From assembly GCA_030390025.1 (NCBI GenBank), contig CM059432.1, positions 44,704,001 through 44,768,000 on the forward strand: a stretch of 64,000 bases of DNA, written 5' to 3'. The notes under the pieces are model-generated. The model ran no database searches, was not told the origin of the DNA, and saw nothing but the letters and a program-made list of their open reading frames with translations. Shown one piece after another: positions 46,131-58,149 of this stretch (within the stretch, counting starts at the first letter, position 1; each line of letters opens with the position of its first letter). A program made the position numbers and the translations under genes. Origin of the DNA: Squalus acanthias (taxonomy: Eukaryota).

Positions 46131-49103
46131 GGAGTCTTTATAGTAAATGGTAGGGTAGTGGTAATGTCAACTGGGCTACTAATCCTAGAAAGCCTGGACT
46201 AATGATCTGGAGACGTAAATTCAAATCCCACCACGGCAGCTGGGGAATTTAAATTCAGTTAATTAATAAAAAGCTAGTATCAGTAATGGTAACCATGAAA
46301 CTATCGGATTGTCGTAAAAACCCATCTGGTTCACTAATGTCCTTTAGGGAAGGAAATCTGCCGTCCTTACCTGGTGTGGCCTATATGTGACTCCAGACCC
46401 ACAACAATGTGGTTGACTCTTAACTGCCCTCTGAAATGGCCTAGCAAGTCACTCAGTTGTAACTAACCGCTATGAAACATAATAAGAATGAAACTGGACG
46501 GACCACTTGGCATCGACCTCGGCACTGGCATCGGACACGGCAACGGCACACTCAGCCCAGTCAACCCTGCAAAGTCCTCCTCACCAATATCTGGGGACTT
46601 GTGCCAAAATTGGGAGAGCTGACCCACAGACTAGTCAAGCAACAGCCTGACAGAATCATACCTTTCAGCCAATGTCCCAAACTCCTCCATCACCATCCCT
46701 GGATATGTCCTGTCCCACCGGCAGGACAGACCCACCAGGGGTGGTGGCACAGTGGTATACAGTCGGGAAGGAGTGGCCCTGGGAGTCCTCAACATTGACT
46801 CCCAGTCTCATGCCTTCAAGTCAAGCATGGGCAAGGAAACCTCCTGCTGAATACCACCTACTGCCCTCCCTCAGCTGATGAATCAGTACTCCTCCATATT
46901 GAACACCACTTGGAAGAAGCACTGAGAGTAGCAAGGGCACAGAATGTAATCTGGGTGGGGGACTTCAACGTCCATCACCAAGAGTGGCTCGGTAGCACCA
47001 CTACTGGCCGAGTCCTGAAGGACATAAATGCCAGTCTGGGCATGCGACAGGTGGTGAGAGAACCAACACGAGGGAAAAACCGACTTGACCTCGCCCTCAC
47101 CCTCACCAATCTACCTTTCGCAGATGCATCTGTCCATGACAGCATTGGTAGCAGTGACCACCGCACAGTCATTGTGGAGACGAAGTCCCTTCTTCACACT
47201 GAGGACACCCTCCATCGTGTTGTGTGGCACTACCACCGTGCTAAATGGGATAGATTCAGAACAGATCTAGCAGCTCAAAACTGGGCATCCATGAGGTGCT
47301 GTGGGCCATAAGTAGCAGCAGAATTGTATTCCACCACAATCTGTAACCTCATGGCCCAGCATATCATTCACTTTACCACCAAGCCAGGGGACCAACCCTG
47401 GTTCAATATGGAGTGTAGAAGAGCATGCCAGGAGCAGCACCAGGCATACATAAAAATGAGGTGCCAACCTGGGGAAGCTGCAACACAGGACTACATGCAT
47501 GCTAAAAAGCAGGAAACAGCATGCTATAGACAGGGCTAAGCGATTCCACAATCAACGGATCAGATCAAAGCTCTGCAGTCATGAATGGTGGTGGACCATT
47601 AAACAACTAACGGGAGGTGGAGGTTCCATGAATATCCCCATCCTCAATGATGGTGGAGCCCAGCACGTGAATGCAAAAGACAAGGCTGAAGCATTTGCAA
47701 CCATCTTCAGCCAGAAATACCGAGTGGATGATCCATATCGGCCAATGCTCGAGGTCCCCAGCATCACAGAAGCCAGTCTTCAGCCAATTCAATTCACTCC
47801 ACGTGATATGAAGAAACGGCTGAGCGCACTGAATACAGCAAAGGCTATGGGCCCCGACAACATCCCGGCTATCGTGCTAAAGACTTGCGCTCCAGAACAA
47901 GCTGCGCCTCTAGCCACGGCTGTTCCAGCACAGCTACAACACTGGCATCTGTCCGACAATGTGGAAAACTGCCCAGGTATGTCCTGTCCACAAAAAGCAG
48001 GACAAATCCAACCCAGTCAATTACTGTCCCATCAGTCTACTCTCAATCATCAGCAAAGTGATGGAAGGTGTCATCGACAATGCTATCAAGCGGCACTTAC
48101 TCACCAATAACCTGCTCACTGATGCCCAGTTTGGGTTCCGCCAAGACCACTCGGCTCCCGACCTCATTACAGCCTTGGTCCAAACATGGACAAAGGAGCT
48201 GAATTCCAGAGGTGAGGTGAGAGTGACTGCCCTTGACATCAAGGCAGCATTTGACTGAGTGTGGCATCAAGGAGCCCTAGTAAAACTGAAGTCAATGGGA
48301 ATCAGGGGGAAAACGCTCCACTGGCTTGAGTCATACCTACCACAAAGGAAGATGGTTGTGGTGATTGAAGGTCAATCATCACAGCCCCAGGACATCGCTG
48401 CAGGAGTTCCTCAGGGTGGTGTCCTAGGCCCAGCCATCTTCAGCTGCTTCATCAATGAGCTTCCCTCCAACATAAGGTCAGAAATGGGGATGTTCGCTGA
48501 TGAATGCACAGTGTTCAGCGCCATTCACAACTCCTCAGTTAATGAAGCAGTCCATGCCCGCATGCAACAAGACCTGGACAACGTTCAGGCTTGGGCTGAT
48601 AAGTGGCAGGTAACATTCATGCCACAGAAGTGCCAGGCAATGACTATCTCCAACAAACGAGAGTCTAACCACCGCCCCTTGACATTCAACGGCATTACCA
48701 TCACCGAATCCCCCACCATCAACATCCTGGGGGTCACCATTGACCAGAAACTTAACTGAACCAGCCACATAAATACTGTGGCAACAAGAGCAGGTCAGAG
48801 GCTAGGTATTCTGCGGCGAGTGTCTCACCTCTTGACTCCCCAAAGCCTTTCCACCATCTACAAGGCACAAATAAGGAGTGTGATGGAATACTCTCCACTT
48901 GCCTGGATGAGTGCAGCTGCAACAACACTCAAGAAGCTCGACACCATCCAGGACAAAGCAGCCTGTTTGATTGGCACCCCATCCACCACCTTAATACATA
49001 GATACATAGATACATAGATACATAGAAGATAGGAGCAGGAGTAGGCCATCCGGCCCTTCGAGCCTGCTCCGCCATTTAATGAGATCATGGCTGATCCTCC
49101 AAT

Positions 49104-51971
49104 TCAGTATCCCGTCCCCGCCTTCTCTCCGTAACCCTTAACCCCTTTTGCCTGTAGAAATATATCTAATTCCCTCTTAAATATATTTAATGAGCTGGCG
49201 TACACTGCCCTCTGTGGCAATGAGTTCCACAGGTTCACCACCCTCTGAGTGAAGAAATTCCCCCTCATTTCTGTCCTAAATGGTTTAGCCCTTATCCTTA
49301 AATTATGTCCTCTAGTTCTGTTCTCACCCGCCAAGGGAAACATTCCTTCTGCATCTAGTCTGTCTAGACCTGTCAGAATTTTATACACTTCTATGAGGTC
49401 CCCTCTCAATCTTCTAAACTCCAGTGTGTACATCCCTAAACTACATAGTCTCTCCTCATAGGTCAATCCCGCCATTCCTGGTATCAGCCTGGTGAATCGC
49501 CGCTGCACCCCCTCCATGGCAAGAACATCTTTCCTCAGATGAGGCGACCAAAACTGTACACAGTACTCGAGGTGTGGTCTCACCAGTGCCCTGTACAGCT
49601 GCAGCAAGGTATCCCTGTTCCTGTATTCCAACCCTTTTGCTATGAAGGCCAGCATACCGTTTGCCTTCTTGACCGCCTGTTGCACCTGCATGCTCGCCTT
49701 CAGTGACTGGTGTACAAGAACACCCAGGTCTCTCTGTACTTCCCCCTCTCCCAATTTATTGCCATTTAAATAATAATTTGCCCTCCCGTTCCTGCACCCA
49801 AGGTGGATAACTTCGCACTTGTCCACATTATAGTGCATCTGCCATTTATCCGCCCAATCACCCAGTCTGTCCAAATCGCTCTGGAGCTTCCTGGTCTCCT
49901 CCTCTGAGCCCACCCCCACTCCTAGTTTAGTGTCGTCTGCAAATTTGGAAATGCTGCATCCGACTCCCTGATCCAGGTCATTAATGTAAATTGTGAACAG
50001 CTGGGGACTCAGGACAGATCCCTGTGGTACCCCACTTGTTACTGCCTGCCATTCAGAAAATGAGCCGTTTATTCCAACTCTCTGTTTTCTATCTGACAGC
50101 CAGTTCTCTATCCACGTCAATACTTTCCCCTTTATCCCATGAGCTTCAATTTTCCATGCTAATCTTTTATGTGGGACCTTATCGAAGGCCTTTTGGAAGT
50201 CCAGGTACACCACATCTACTGGCTCTCCCCCATCCATTTTACCAGTTACTCCCTCAAAAAATTCCAATAGATTAGTCAAGCACGATTTACCCTTTGTAAA
50301 TCCATGTTGACTCTGTCCTATCCTGTCCCCATTTGCTAAGTGCTCCGCTATTTCATCCTTAATGATGGACTCCAGCATTTTGCCCACAACTGATGTAAGG
50401 CTTACAGGTCTGTAATTACCTGCTTTTTCCCTACCCCCCTTTTTGAATAGTGGGGTAACGTTAGCTACCCTCCAATCCATGGGCACTGTTCCCGAGTCTA
50501 ATGAATTCTGAAAAATCATACTTAGTGCATCCGCTATCTCTAGGGCCACCTCCTTCAGTACCCTAGGATGCATGTTATCAGGCCCATGGGATTTGTCCGC
50601 CTTCAATCCCTTTAGCTTCCTTAACACCATATCCTTAGAGATATTGATTTGCGTCAGTTCCTCCTTTGCCAATGTCCCTATTTTTCCCGATATCCCAGGG
50701 AGGTTTTTTGTGTCTTCCTTCGTAAAGACTGACCCAAAGTATGCATTTAGTTGGTCTGCCATTTCCTTATTTCCCGTTATATATTCCCCCGTATCTGACT
50801 GCAATGGACCAACTTTGGTTTTCACCAGTCTTTTCCTCTTGATATACTTATAAAAGCTTTTGGAGTTAGTTTTTATATTTTCCGCCAGCTTGCTTTCGTA
50901 AGCTATTTTGCCCCTCTTGATTAAGCCCTTTGTCCTCCTTTGCTCTATCTTAAACTGTTCCCAATCTTCCGCTCTGGCGCTTTTTTTGGCTATTTTATAC
51001 GCCCTATCTTTGGATTTTATGCTGTCTCTAATTTCCCCTGTTATCCACGGTTGAGTCACCTTTTTAGATTTCCTTTTATGCCAGATTGGTATAAACAATT
51101 TTTGCAATTTTGTCATTCTATCTTTAAATGCTTGCCATTGTTTATCTACCTCCAGTCCTCCCAGGAACGTTGTCCAATCAGACCTACTCAGTTCCCGTCT
51201 AATGGCATCATAATTCCCCTTGTTTAAATTCAGGACCTTAGTCTCTGAGTCAATTTCTTCGCTCTCCATTTCGAGTGAGAAATCGATCATGTTATGATCG
51301 CTCTGACCCAAGGGTCCCCGTACAACAAGATTACTAATTAGTCCCTTCTCATTGCACAGTACCCAGTCCAATATAGCCTGTTCCCGAGTTGGTTCCTCGA
51401 CATATTGATCCAGATAACCATCCCTTAAACACTCAAGGAATTCCTCCTCCTCATTATTTTTACTGATTAGGCTAGTCCAATCTATATGTAAGTTAAAGTC
51501 ACCTATGATGACAGCTGTGCTCTTATTGCACGCTTCTCTAATTTCCCTCGTGATGCCCTCCCCAACCTCTATTTTACTATTTGGAGGCCTATATACCACT
51601 CCTATTAATGTTTTTCGCCCCTCGCTATTTCTTAGCTCCACCCATATAGATTCTGTATTAACTGAGTTAATATCCTTCCTTTCAATTGCATTTATCCCCT
51701 CTTTTACCAGCAATGCTACCCCTCCTCCCTTTCTTTTTTGTCGATCCTTCCTAAATACTGAATACCCCTGTATGTTAAGCTCCCAGCCCTGCTCACCCTG
51801 CAACCATGTTTCCATAATCCCAATTAGATCATAATTATTAACCTCTATTTCCACAGCTAATTCATCTACCTTGTTCCTGATGCTTCTCGCATTAAGGTAT
51901 AAAACCCTCAGGCTTTTTTTATGCTCACATTTTTTATGAATTAGTTTGGCCCTTTGTTTTTTGTTCCTCAC
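49104..51971 (-). CDS. CR1 ORF2: AP-endonuclease plus reverse transcriptase (955 codons uninterrupted)
   Basis: YLNARS, ETWL, YRPP, GDFN and SDH (EN); QHGF, YLDFQKAFD, GVPQGS and FADD (RT). The called start codon is GTG, so the true start is uncertain. Confidence 0.93.
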   Translation of the reverse strand: MRNKKQRAKLIHKKCEHKKSLRVLYLNARSIRNKVDELAVEIEVNNYDLIGIMETWLQGEQGWELNIQGYSVFRKDRQKRKGGGVALLVKEGINAIERKDINSVNTESIWVELRNSEGRKTLIGVVYRPPNSKIEVGEGITREIREACNKSTAVIIGDFNLHIDWTSLISKNNEEEEFLECLRDGYLDQYVEEPTREQAILDWVLCNEKGLISNLVVRGPLGQSDHNMIDFSLEMESEEIDSETKVLNLNKGNYDAIRRELSRSDWTTFLGGLEVDKQWQAFKDRMTKLQKLFIPIWHKRKSKKVTQPWITGEIRDSIKSKDRAYKIAKKSARAEDWEQFKIEQRRTKGLIKRGKIAYESKLAENIKTNSKSFYKYIKRKRLVKTKVGPLQSDTGEYITGNKEMADQLNAYFGSVFTKEDTKNLPGISGKIGTLAKEELTQINISKDMVLRKLKGLKADKSHGPDNMHPRVLKEVALEIADALSMIFQNSLDSGTVPMDWRVANVTPLFKKGGREKAGNYRPVSLTSVVGKMLESIIKDEIAEHLANGDRIGQSQHGFTKGKSCLTNLLEFFEGVTGKMDGGEPVDVVYLDFQKAFDKVPHKRLAWKIEAHGIKGKVLTWIENWLSDRKQRVGINGSFSEWQAVTSGVPQGSVLSPQLFTIYINDLDQGVGCSISKFADDTKLGVGVGSEEETRKLQSDLDRLGDWADKWQMHYNVDKCEVIHLGCRNGRANYYLNGNKLGEGEVQRDLGVLVHQSLKASMQVQQAVKKANGMLAFIAKGLEYRNRDTLLQLYRALVRPHLEYCVQFWSPHLRKDVLAMEGVQRRFTRLIPGMAGLTYEERLCSLGMYTLEFRRLRGDLIEVYKILTGLDRLDAEGMFPLAGENRTRGHNLRIRAKPFRTEMRGNFFTQRVVNLWNSLPQRAVYASSLNIFKRELDIFLQAKGVKGYGEKAGTGY

Positions 51972-52045
51972 CCTTTTACCATTTATTTCTGTCTGCCTTT
52001 CACTTTCCTCTATTTCACTACATAGGTTTCTAGCCCCCTGCCATA

Positions 52046-52261
52046 CTAGTTTAAATGCTCCCGAACTGCTTTATCAAAAATTACCCCGAGAACATCAGTT
52101 CCATCTTTGCACAGGTGTAGACCGTCCCTTTTGTATAGGTCACACCTACCACAAAACTGGTTCCAATGCCTCAAAAATTTAAAACCCTCCCTCTTACACC
52201 ACTGCTCAAGCCACGTATTTAGCCTAACTATCCTGTTCTCTGTACTCTTACTAGCACGTGG
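52046..52261 (-). pseudogene. CR1 ORF1 C-terminus (SGNH esterase-like), 5'-truncated
   Basis: LNTWLEQWCKREGF...DLYKRDGLHL with the DxxH motif, immediately upstream of ORF2. Confidence 0.75.
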
Positions 52262-52659
52262 CTCCACCACCAGCGTACCGTGGCTGCAGTGTGTACCATC
52301 TACAAGATGCACTGCAGCAACTCGCCAAGGCTTCTTCGGCAACACCTCCCAAACCCGCGACCTCTTCCATCTAGAAGGACAAGGGCAGCAGGTGCATGGA
52401 AACACCATCACCTCCAAGTTCCCCTCCAAGTCACACATTATCCTGACTTAGAAGTATATTGCCGATTCTTCATCGTTGCTGGGTCAAAATCATGGAACTC
52501 CCTCCCTAACACCACTGTGGGAGTACCTTCACCACACGGACTGCAGCGGTTCAAGAAGGCGGCTCACCACCACCTTCTCAAGGGCAACTAGGGATGGGCA
52601 ATCAATGCTGGCCTTGCCAGCGACGCCCAGATCCCATAAGTGAATTTAAAAAAAACACA

Positions 52660-55281
52660 TTAGCCCCAGCCTTACCTCTGAGGTACGTTCCGGCAGCGGG
52701 GTGAAGTTAGGAACGGGAAACCTGGAAGTACAGGTTTCGGAACGTCCTGCAGTTTTTAGCAAAAGGCCGCATCTGAGCTGAGAGCAGATAGGTCTAGTGG
52801 GATGGTGGGAGAGATCATGGCGAGTGCGTGGTGGTTAGGTGGGGGTTATATCACGGGGGGGGGAGCTGATGTTGGTTGGGCGGGTGTCCAATCGCGGGGG
52901 GGGGGGTCTGATGGTGGTTGGGGGGTGGTCCGATTGCGGGGTGGAGCAGATGGTCGTCGGGGGAGCGGATGGTGGTTGGGGGGAGCGGATGGTGGTCAGG
53001 GGGAGGAGATGGTGGTCGGGGGGAGGAGATGGTGGTCGGGGGGAGCGGATGGTGGTCGGGGGGAGGAGATGGTGGTCGGGTGGAGGAGATGGTGGTTGGG
53101 GGGAGGAGATGGTGGTCGGGGGGAGGAGATGGTGGTCGGGGGGAGGAGATGGTGGTCGGGGGGAGGAGATGGTGGTCGGGGGGAGGAGATGGTGGTCGGG
53201 GGGAGGAGATGGTGGTCGGGGGGAGGAGATGGTGGTCGGGGGGAGGAGATGGTGGTCGGGGGGAGGAGATGGTGGTCGGGTGGAGGAGATGGTGGTCGGG
53301 TGGAGGAGATGGTGGTCGGGGGGAGGAGATGGTGGTCGGGGGGAGCGGATGGTGGTCGGGGGGAGGAGTTGGTGGTCGGGGGGAGGAGATGGTGGTCGGG
53401 GGGAGCGGATGGTGGTCGGGTGGAGGAGATGGTGGTCGGGTGGAGGAGATGGTGGTCGGGGGGAGGAGATGGTGGTCGGGGGGGAGCGGATGGTGGTCGG
53501 GTGGAGGAGATGGTGGTCGGGTGGAGGAGATGGTGGTCGGGGGGAGGAGATGGTGGTCGGGGGGAGCGGATGGTGGTCGGGTGGAGGAGATGGTGGTCGG
53601 GGGGAGGTGATGGTGGTCGGGGGGAGCGGATGGTGTTCGGGGAGAGGAGATGGTGGTCGGGGGGAGGAGATGGTGGTCGGGTGGAGGAGATGGTGGTCGG
53701 GGGGAGGAGATGCTGGTCGGGGGGAGCGGATGGTGGTCGGGGGGAGGAGTTGGTGGTCGGGGGGAGGAGTTGGTGGTCGGGGAGAGGAGATGGTGGTCGG
53801 GGGGAGCGGATGGTTGTCAGGGGGAACGGATGGTGGTCGGGGGGAGGAGATGGTGCTCGGGGGGAGGAGATGGTGGTTGGGGGGAGCGGATGGTGGTCGG
53901 GGTGAGGAGATGGTGGTCGGGGAGAGCAGATGGTGTTCGGGGGGAGGAGATGGTGGTCGGGGGGAGGAGATTGTGGTCGGGAGAGGAGATGGTGGTCGGG
54001 GGGAGGAGATGGTGGTCGGGTGGAGGAGATGGTGGTCGGGGGGAGGAGATGGTGCTCGGGGGGAGGAGATGGTGGTCGGGGGGAGGAGATAGTGGTCGGG
54101 GGGAGGAGATGGTGGTCGGGGGGAGGAGATGGTGGTCGGGTGGAGGAGATGGTGGTCGGGGGGAGGAGATGGTGCTCAGGGGGAGGAGATGGTGGTCGGG
54201 GGGAGGAGATGGTGGTCGGGTGGAGGAGATGGTGGTCGGGGGGAGGAGATGGTGGTCGGGGGGAGGAGATGGTGGTCGGGAGGAGCAGATGGTGGTCGGG
54301 GGGAGCAGATTGTGGTCGGGGGAAAGAGATGGTGGTCAGGGGGAGGAGATGGTGGTCGGGGGGAGCGGATGGTGGTCGGGGGGAGGAGATGGTGGTCAGG
54401 GGGAGGAGATGGTGGTCGGGGGGAGTGGATGGTGTTCGGGGGGAGGAGATGGTGGTCAGGGGGAGGAGATGGTGGTCGGGGGGAGCGGATGGTGGTCGGG
54501 GGGAGGAGATGGTGGTCGGGGAGAGGAGATGGTGGTCGGGGGGAGGAGATGGTTGTCGGGAGGAGGAGATGGTGGTCGGGGGGAGGAGATGGTGGTCGCG
54601 GAGAGGAGATGGTGGTCAGGGGGAGGAGATGGTTGTCGGGAGGAGGAGATGGTGGTCGGGGGGAGGAGATGGTGGTCGGGGGAAAGAGATGGTGGTCAGG
54701 GGGAGGAGATGGTGGTCGGGGGGAGTGGATGGTGGTCGGGGGGAGGAGATGGTGGTCAGGGGGAGGAGATGGTGGTCGGGGGGAGCGGATGGTGGTCGGG
54801 GGAGGAGATGGTGGTCGGGGGGAGGAGATGGTTGTCGGGAGGAGGAGATGGTGGTCGGGGGTGTCTGATTGCGTGGGGGAGCAGACAGATCATGGAGGGA
54901 GGTTTACTAGTAAGCTTGTTGGGCTTGGGGGAAACACTGCTGCTCTTGCTGGCCCACAAGCAGTGCTGTAAAGGCACTTACCTCAAATATTCAGCCCTTC
55001 TCGGCTCCTTTCACTTGCCAGGTTTCCCACGGACTGGGAAACTCAGCCAATTGTGGTTAAAAATAGAATCACTGTTAAAATGATGGCATGCAGCCTCATT
55101 AAAATATTTAAATGATGAACCTGCCTCCTGAAAGCAACTGGTCGCCCGTCCCTCATCCCGCTTCCGTTTAAATAGGAAATGGGTGGGCTTGAAGCGGGTT
55201 GGGTTCCTGTTTCATATTTTTAGCTTTATAACCTCGCAGCCGAACTAAACCCACCTGTTTCTGGGGGTTAAAATTACCCCC
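52660..55281. mobile_element. Probable MITE-type element hosting the minisatellite
   Basis: The right end TTAAAATTACCCCC resembles the TIR class at 8694-8812. The left TIR was not located. Confidence 0.45.
52950..54862 (+). repeat. G-rich minisatellite, 20-bp unit GGTGGTCGGGGGGAGGAGAT, about 95 copies
   Basis: Read directly. Recurrent variants (GAGCGGAT, GGGTGGAG, TCAGGG) and a few 1-bp slips. Confidence 0.97.
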
Positions 55282-56727
55282 ATTGTGGTCAAGTACAATC
55301 ACAACATATATTTGTTTAACAACTTTTCATGTAGTTGCCTTCAATTTTGAGCACTGTAACGTTCCATCACTGGGCACAGAAAGGGAACCCAGGGTCTCAG
55401 ACTCAGCACTGGAGGCCTTAATGCAGGGGGTAGAACGGTGAATACAGGTCATCTACCCGCAGGGGGCCAGGAGGCCCGTTAGACTCACAGTAAGAAGGGA
55501 ATGGGAGCAGATAGCTGAAGCGGCCACTGCCAGCATTCTTGCCCCGAGGAACTGGATCCAATGCCGAAAGAAGTTTAATGACCTTACACGACTGGTCAAG
55601 GTGAGTGAATGCATCTTCAAAAGACATCTTCCACCAACTGCACCACTAGCCTCACGCACTGTTCAATGCACCACATCCCCAGCACTCATCTACCAACAAT
55701 CTCTATCAGTCACGACTCATACCTCACATTCATAGCTTCACCACACCCTCACATGCACCCCCCTTTGCGCCGCTGGTACAAGTTACCGTCAGGGACCTTC
55801 AACACCAGGCAGATCGTGACATCAGTGAGCGTGCAACGCTCACCGGGCGCCCGTTCTGCAAAATTCATTGTCGCCACTTACCTTTATGCCTTGACTAGAC
55901 AGCGACAGGGAGAGCAGGTGCACAGCTGATGGAAGCCGGCTCCAGCGACGTTATTTAGAGGCATCAGCATTAATCACTCGCAGCTGTCAGGGCAGGTTAA
56001 TTTCAGTGGCTTCTTGTCAGTTTCAGCCAGTGGAGCAACTTGTATGAGTAATTTCAAGCTTCTTTTTTATCAGCAGTCTTCTGGCAAGTGCAAAGTGGCT
56101 ACATTTATTGTTCAAAGGTTCAAACTGCTACACTTGGCAACATTAATGGGGGTTGTACTGGCGCCACCTCGCCCTCCAGGATCTACAGCTGGAGGGAGCG
56201 TAGGCAGCCAGAAATACGGGAACATGTGCGCAGAGAGATGAGGAGGGACATCAGGGCTCTCACCAGGAGGCCTTACCCTCCGAGGGTATTCTGACAGCAC
56301 TTCTCCTACCTTCAATTAAGCGAGGAGCAGTGTATTAGATGACTCTATCCCCAGAGCTGCTCGAGGTCATCCTACAAGACCATCTGCAGTCTCCCCGACT
56401 GAAATTCAACAGCCTTCCACCAGCCATGCTGCAGCCACTGGGGTTTCACTTCGTATGAGCACTGGGACTGGCAAAGGCACATGGAAGACAGCCACTAAGG
56501 GACTGCACAAGAGTGATTAGTTGACTTTGTTATGTAGCATTGGATTGAATGATTTATAAATGTGGTTTGAATGTTTGTTTTGTGGTGGCTTTCATTTCAG
56601 CATTGTGGCCAGGAGGGTGCTGTGATATTCTGTGACAGAGGGATGGTAAGGTGGGGAAGTGTTGAGCAACGGGGATCTGGGGTTTCATTCAGGGGAATGG
56701 AAGTCTGATCATGCACTTATGGACAGC

Positions 56728-57799
56728 TCATCCAGAATGTGGATGTGAAGGCTGCCTCCTCCCTTCCTCCTCCTCTTCCTCCTCCTCCTCCTGAAGTGGT
56801 CGTGGAACTCGTGGTGGCAACGGTTGCGCTCTCCTGATGGCCAAGTTGTGGAGGATGCAATAGACCACCACGATTTGGAACACCCAATCCGGTGAGTACT
56901 GGAGGACTCCTCCCGAACAGTCAAGGCAGCGGAACCATTGCTTTAGTACGCCGATGGTCTGTTCGATGACGTTCCTCGTGGCAGCATGGCTCTCATTATA
57001 TGAGTGCTGGTCACGAGTGGTGGGGTTGCAGAGGTGAGTCATCAGTCAGGTGTAGAGTGATAGCCCTTGTCGCCTAGGTTCGATGTGGTGGCTGGTAGAT
57101 TGCTGGCACACCAGACTGGTGCAGGATGAATGCATCGTGACTGCTGCCAGGATACTGGGCATTCACCATCATAATGTGCAGGGCGTGGTCGCACACCAAC
57201 TGCACATTAAGTGAGTGGTACCCTTTGTGATTACGAAACATCTCATCAATGATATGCGGTGCCTGCAAAGCCACGTGTGTGCAGTCGATGGCATTCTGCA
57301 CCATGGGGAAGCCTGATATCCTAGCAAAGCCATGTGCATGTTCCTCCTGCTTCTCCCTGTTTAGAGAGAAGACAATGAAGTCCCCTCTCCTGGCATACAG
57401 AGTCTCTGTGACCTCCCGGATGCAGCGATGGATGGTGAACTGCGAGATATTTGCTATGTTGCTTGTTCCAGACTGGAAGGATCCGATGACGAAGAAATTA
57501 AGGGCCACGGTCACCTGAGGGCCACTGGCACAGCCGTCGTCGCCCTGCTCTGAGGCTGCAGGTCTGATTGCAGGAGGTGACAGAGTTCTGTGGCCCCATC
57601 CTTGGTGAAGCGGAGCGGTCGAACACACACTGCTCCTGGCTTAGGTGCAGGTAGGAGAAGTGCTCCCTGAAGACCCTAGGTTGGTAAGGCCTCCTGCTGA
57701 GAGCCCTCCTCTCCCTCTGTGAGCAGCTTGTCTTTGCTGCCTCTGCTCCATCTCCCTGTCATGCTGCAGCACGAGGGGGACTGCAACTAGAGCCCCCAT
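56728..57799 (-). pseudogene. Harbinger DDE transposase of element 4, disrupted
   Basis: [41 protein letters not shown] and IEQTIGVLKQWFRC, with several frameshifts. Confidence 0.88.
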
Positions 57800-58149
57800 G
57801 ACTGGGAGCAAGTGGTGTACTCAGAGGCCTTCCAGTAGCAGCCAACGCCTTCCCAACATTCAGCAGCACTCCCTGCACACTAACAACTTTTTAAATGTCT
57901 TCTAGCAACCCAGTACTCCTACAAACTCTGCAAGAGCCAGTACTAAAGCAATAATCAATTTACCTGCAAGTTGGATGTATCCCTTTAAGTAGCGCTGTTG
58001 GAGGAGTCCCTTGTGCAGCTGACCGCATGTTCAGCTGCGTGTGTTTAGGAGAGGGTGTTGAATGGAGCGGCGATGTCGAAAATGGCAGGTCGTGTGAAAT
58101 CAGCATAACACGCCACGCTGACTGATGTCATGATCTGCCTGCTGTCATG

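Larger units (their letters stand above)
48994..52261 (-). mobile_element. CR1 LINE copy D, young, 5'-truncated within ORF1
   Basis: (CTATGTAT)4 tail at 48994-49025, 3' hairpin GAGCAGG..CCTGCTC, intact ORF2 and the end of ORF1. Confidence 0.95.
46148..52655 (+). mobile_element. Full-length LINE family X copy (tRNA-like head, single APE+RT ORF, disrupted), split by CR1 copy D
   Basis: A-box-like TAGGGTAGTGG at 46151 and B-box-like ATTCAAATCC at 46219. EN motifs TNIWGL, GDFNVHH and SSDH. RT motifs QFGFR, ALDIKAAFD, GVPQG and FADE. Resumes at 52262 and ends in poly(A) at 52655. Confidence 0.88.

Noticed and set aside
46148..46235. tRNA gene
   Set aside because: It has A/B-box-like motifs but I could not fold a cloverleaf, and it continues into retroelement sequence.
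52950..54862. CRISPR-like array
   Set aside because: Head-to-tail units with no unique spacers, no cas genes, and a eukaryotic context.
52802..55083. Several 230-477 aa Gly/Trp/Arg-rich ORFs
   Set aside because: Artefact of a stop-free 20-bp tandem repeat that is open in all three frames.
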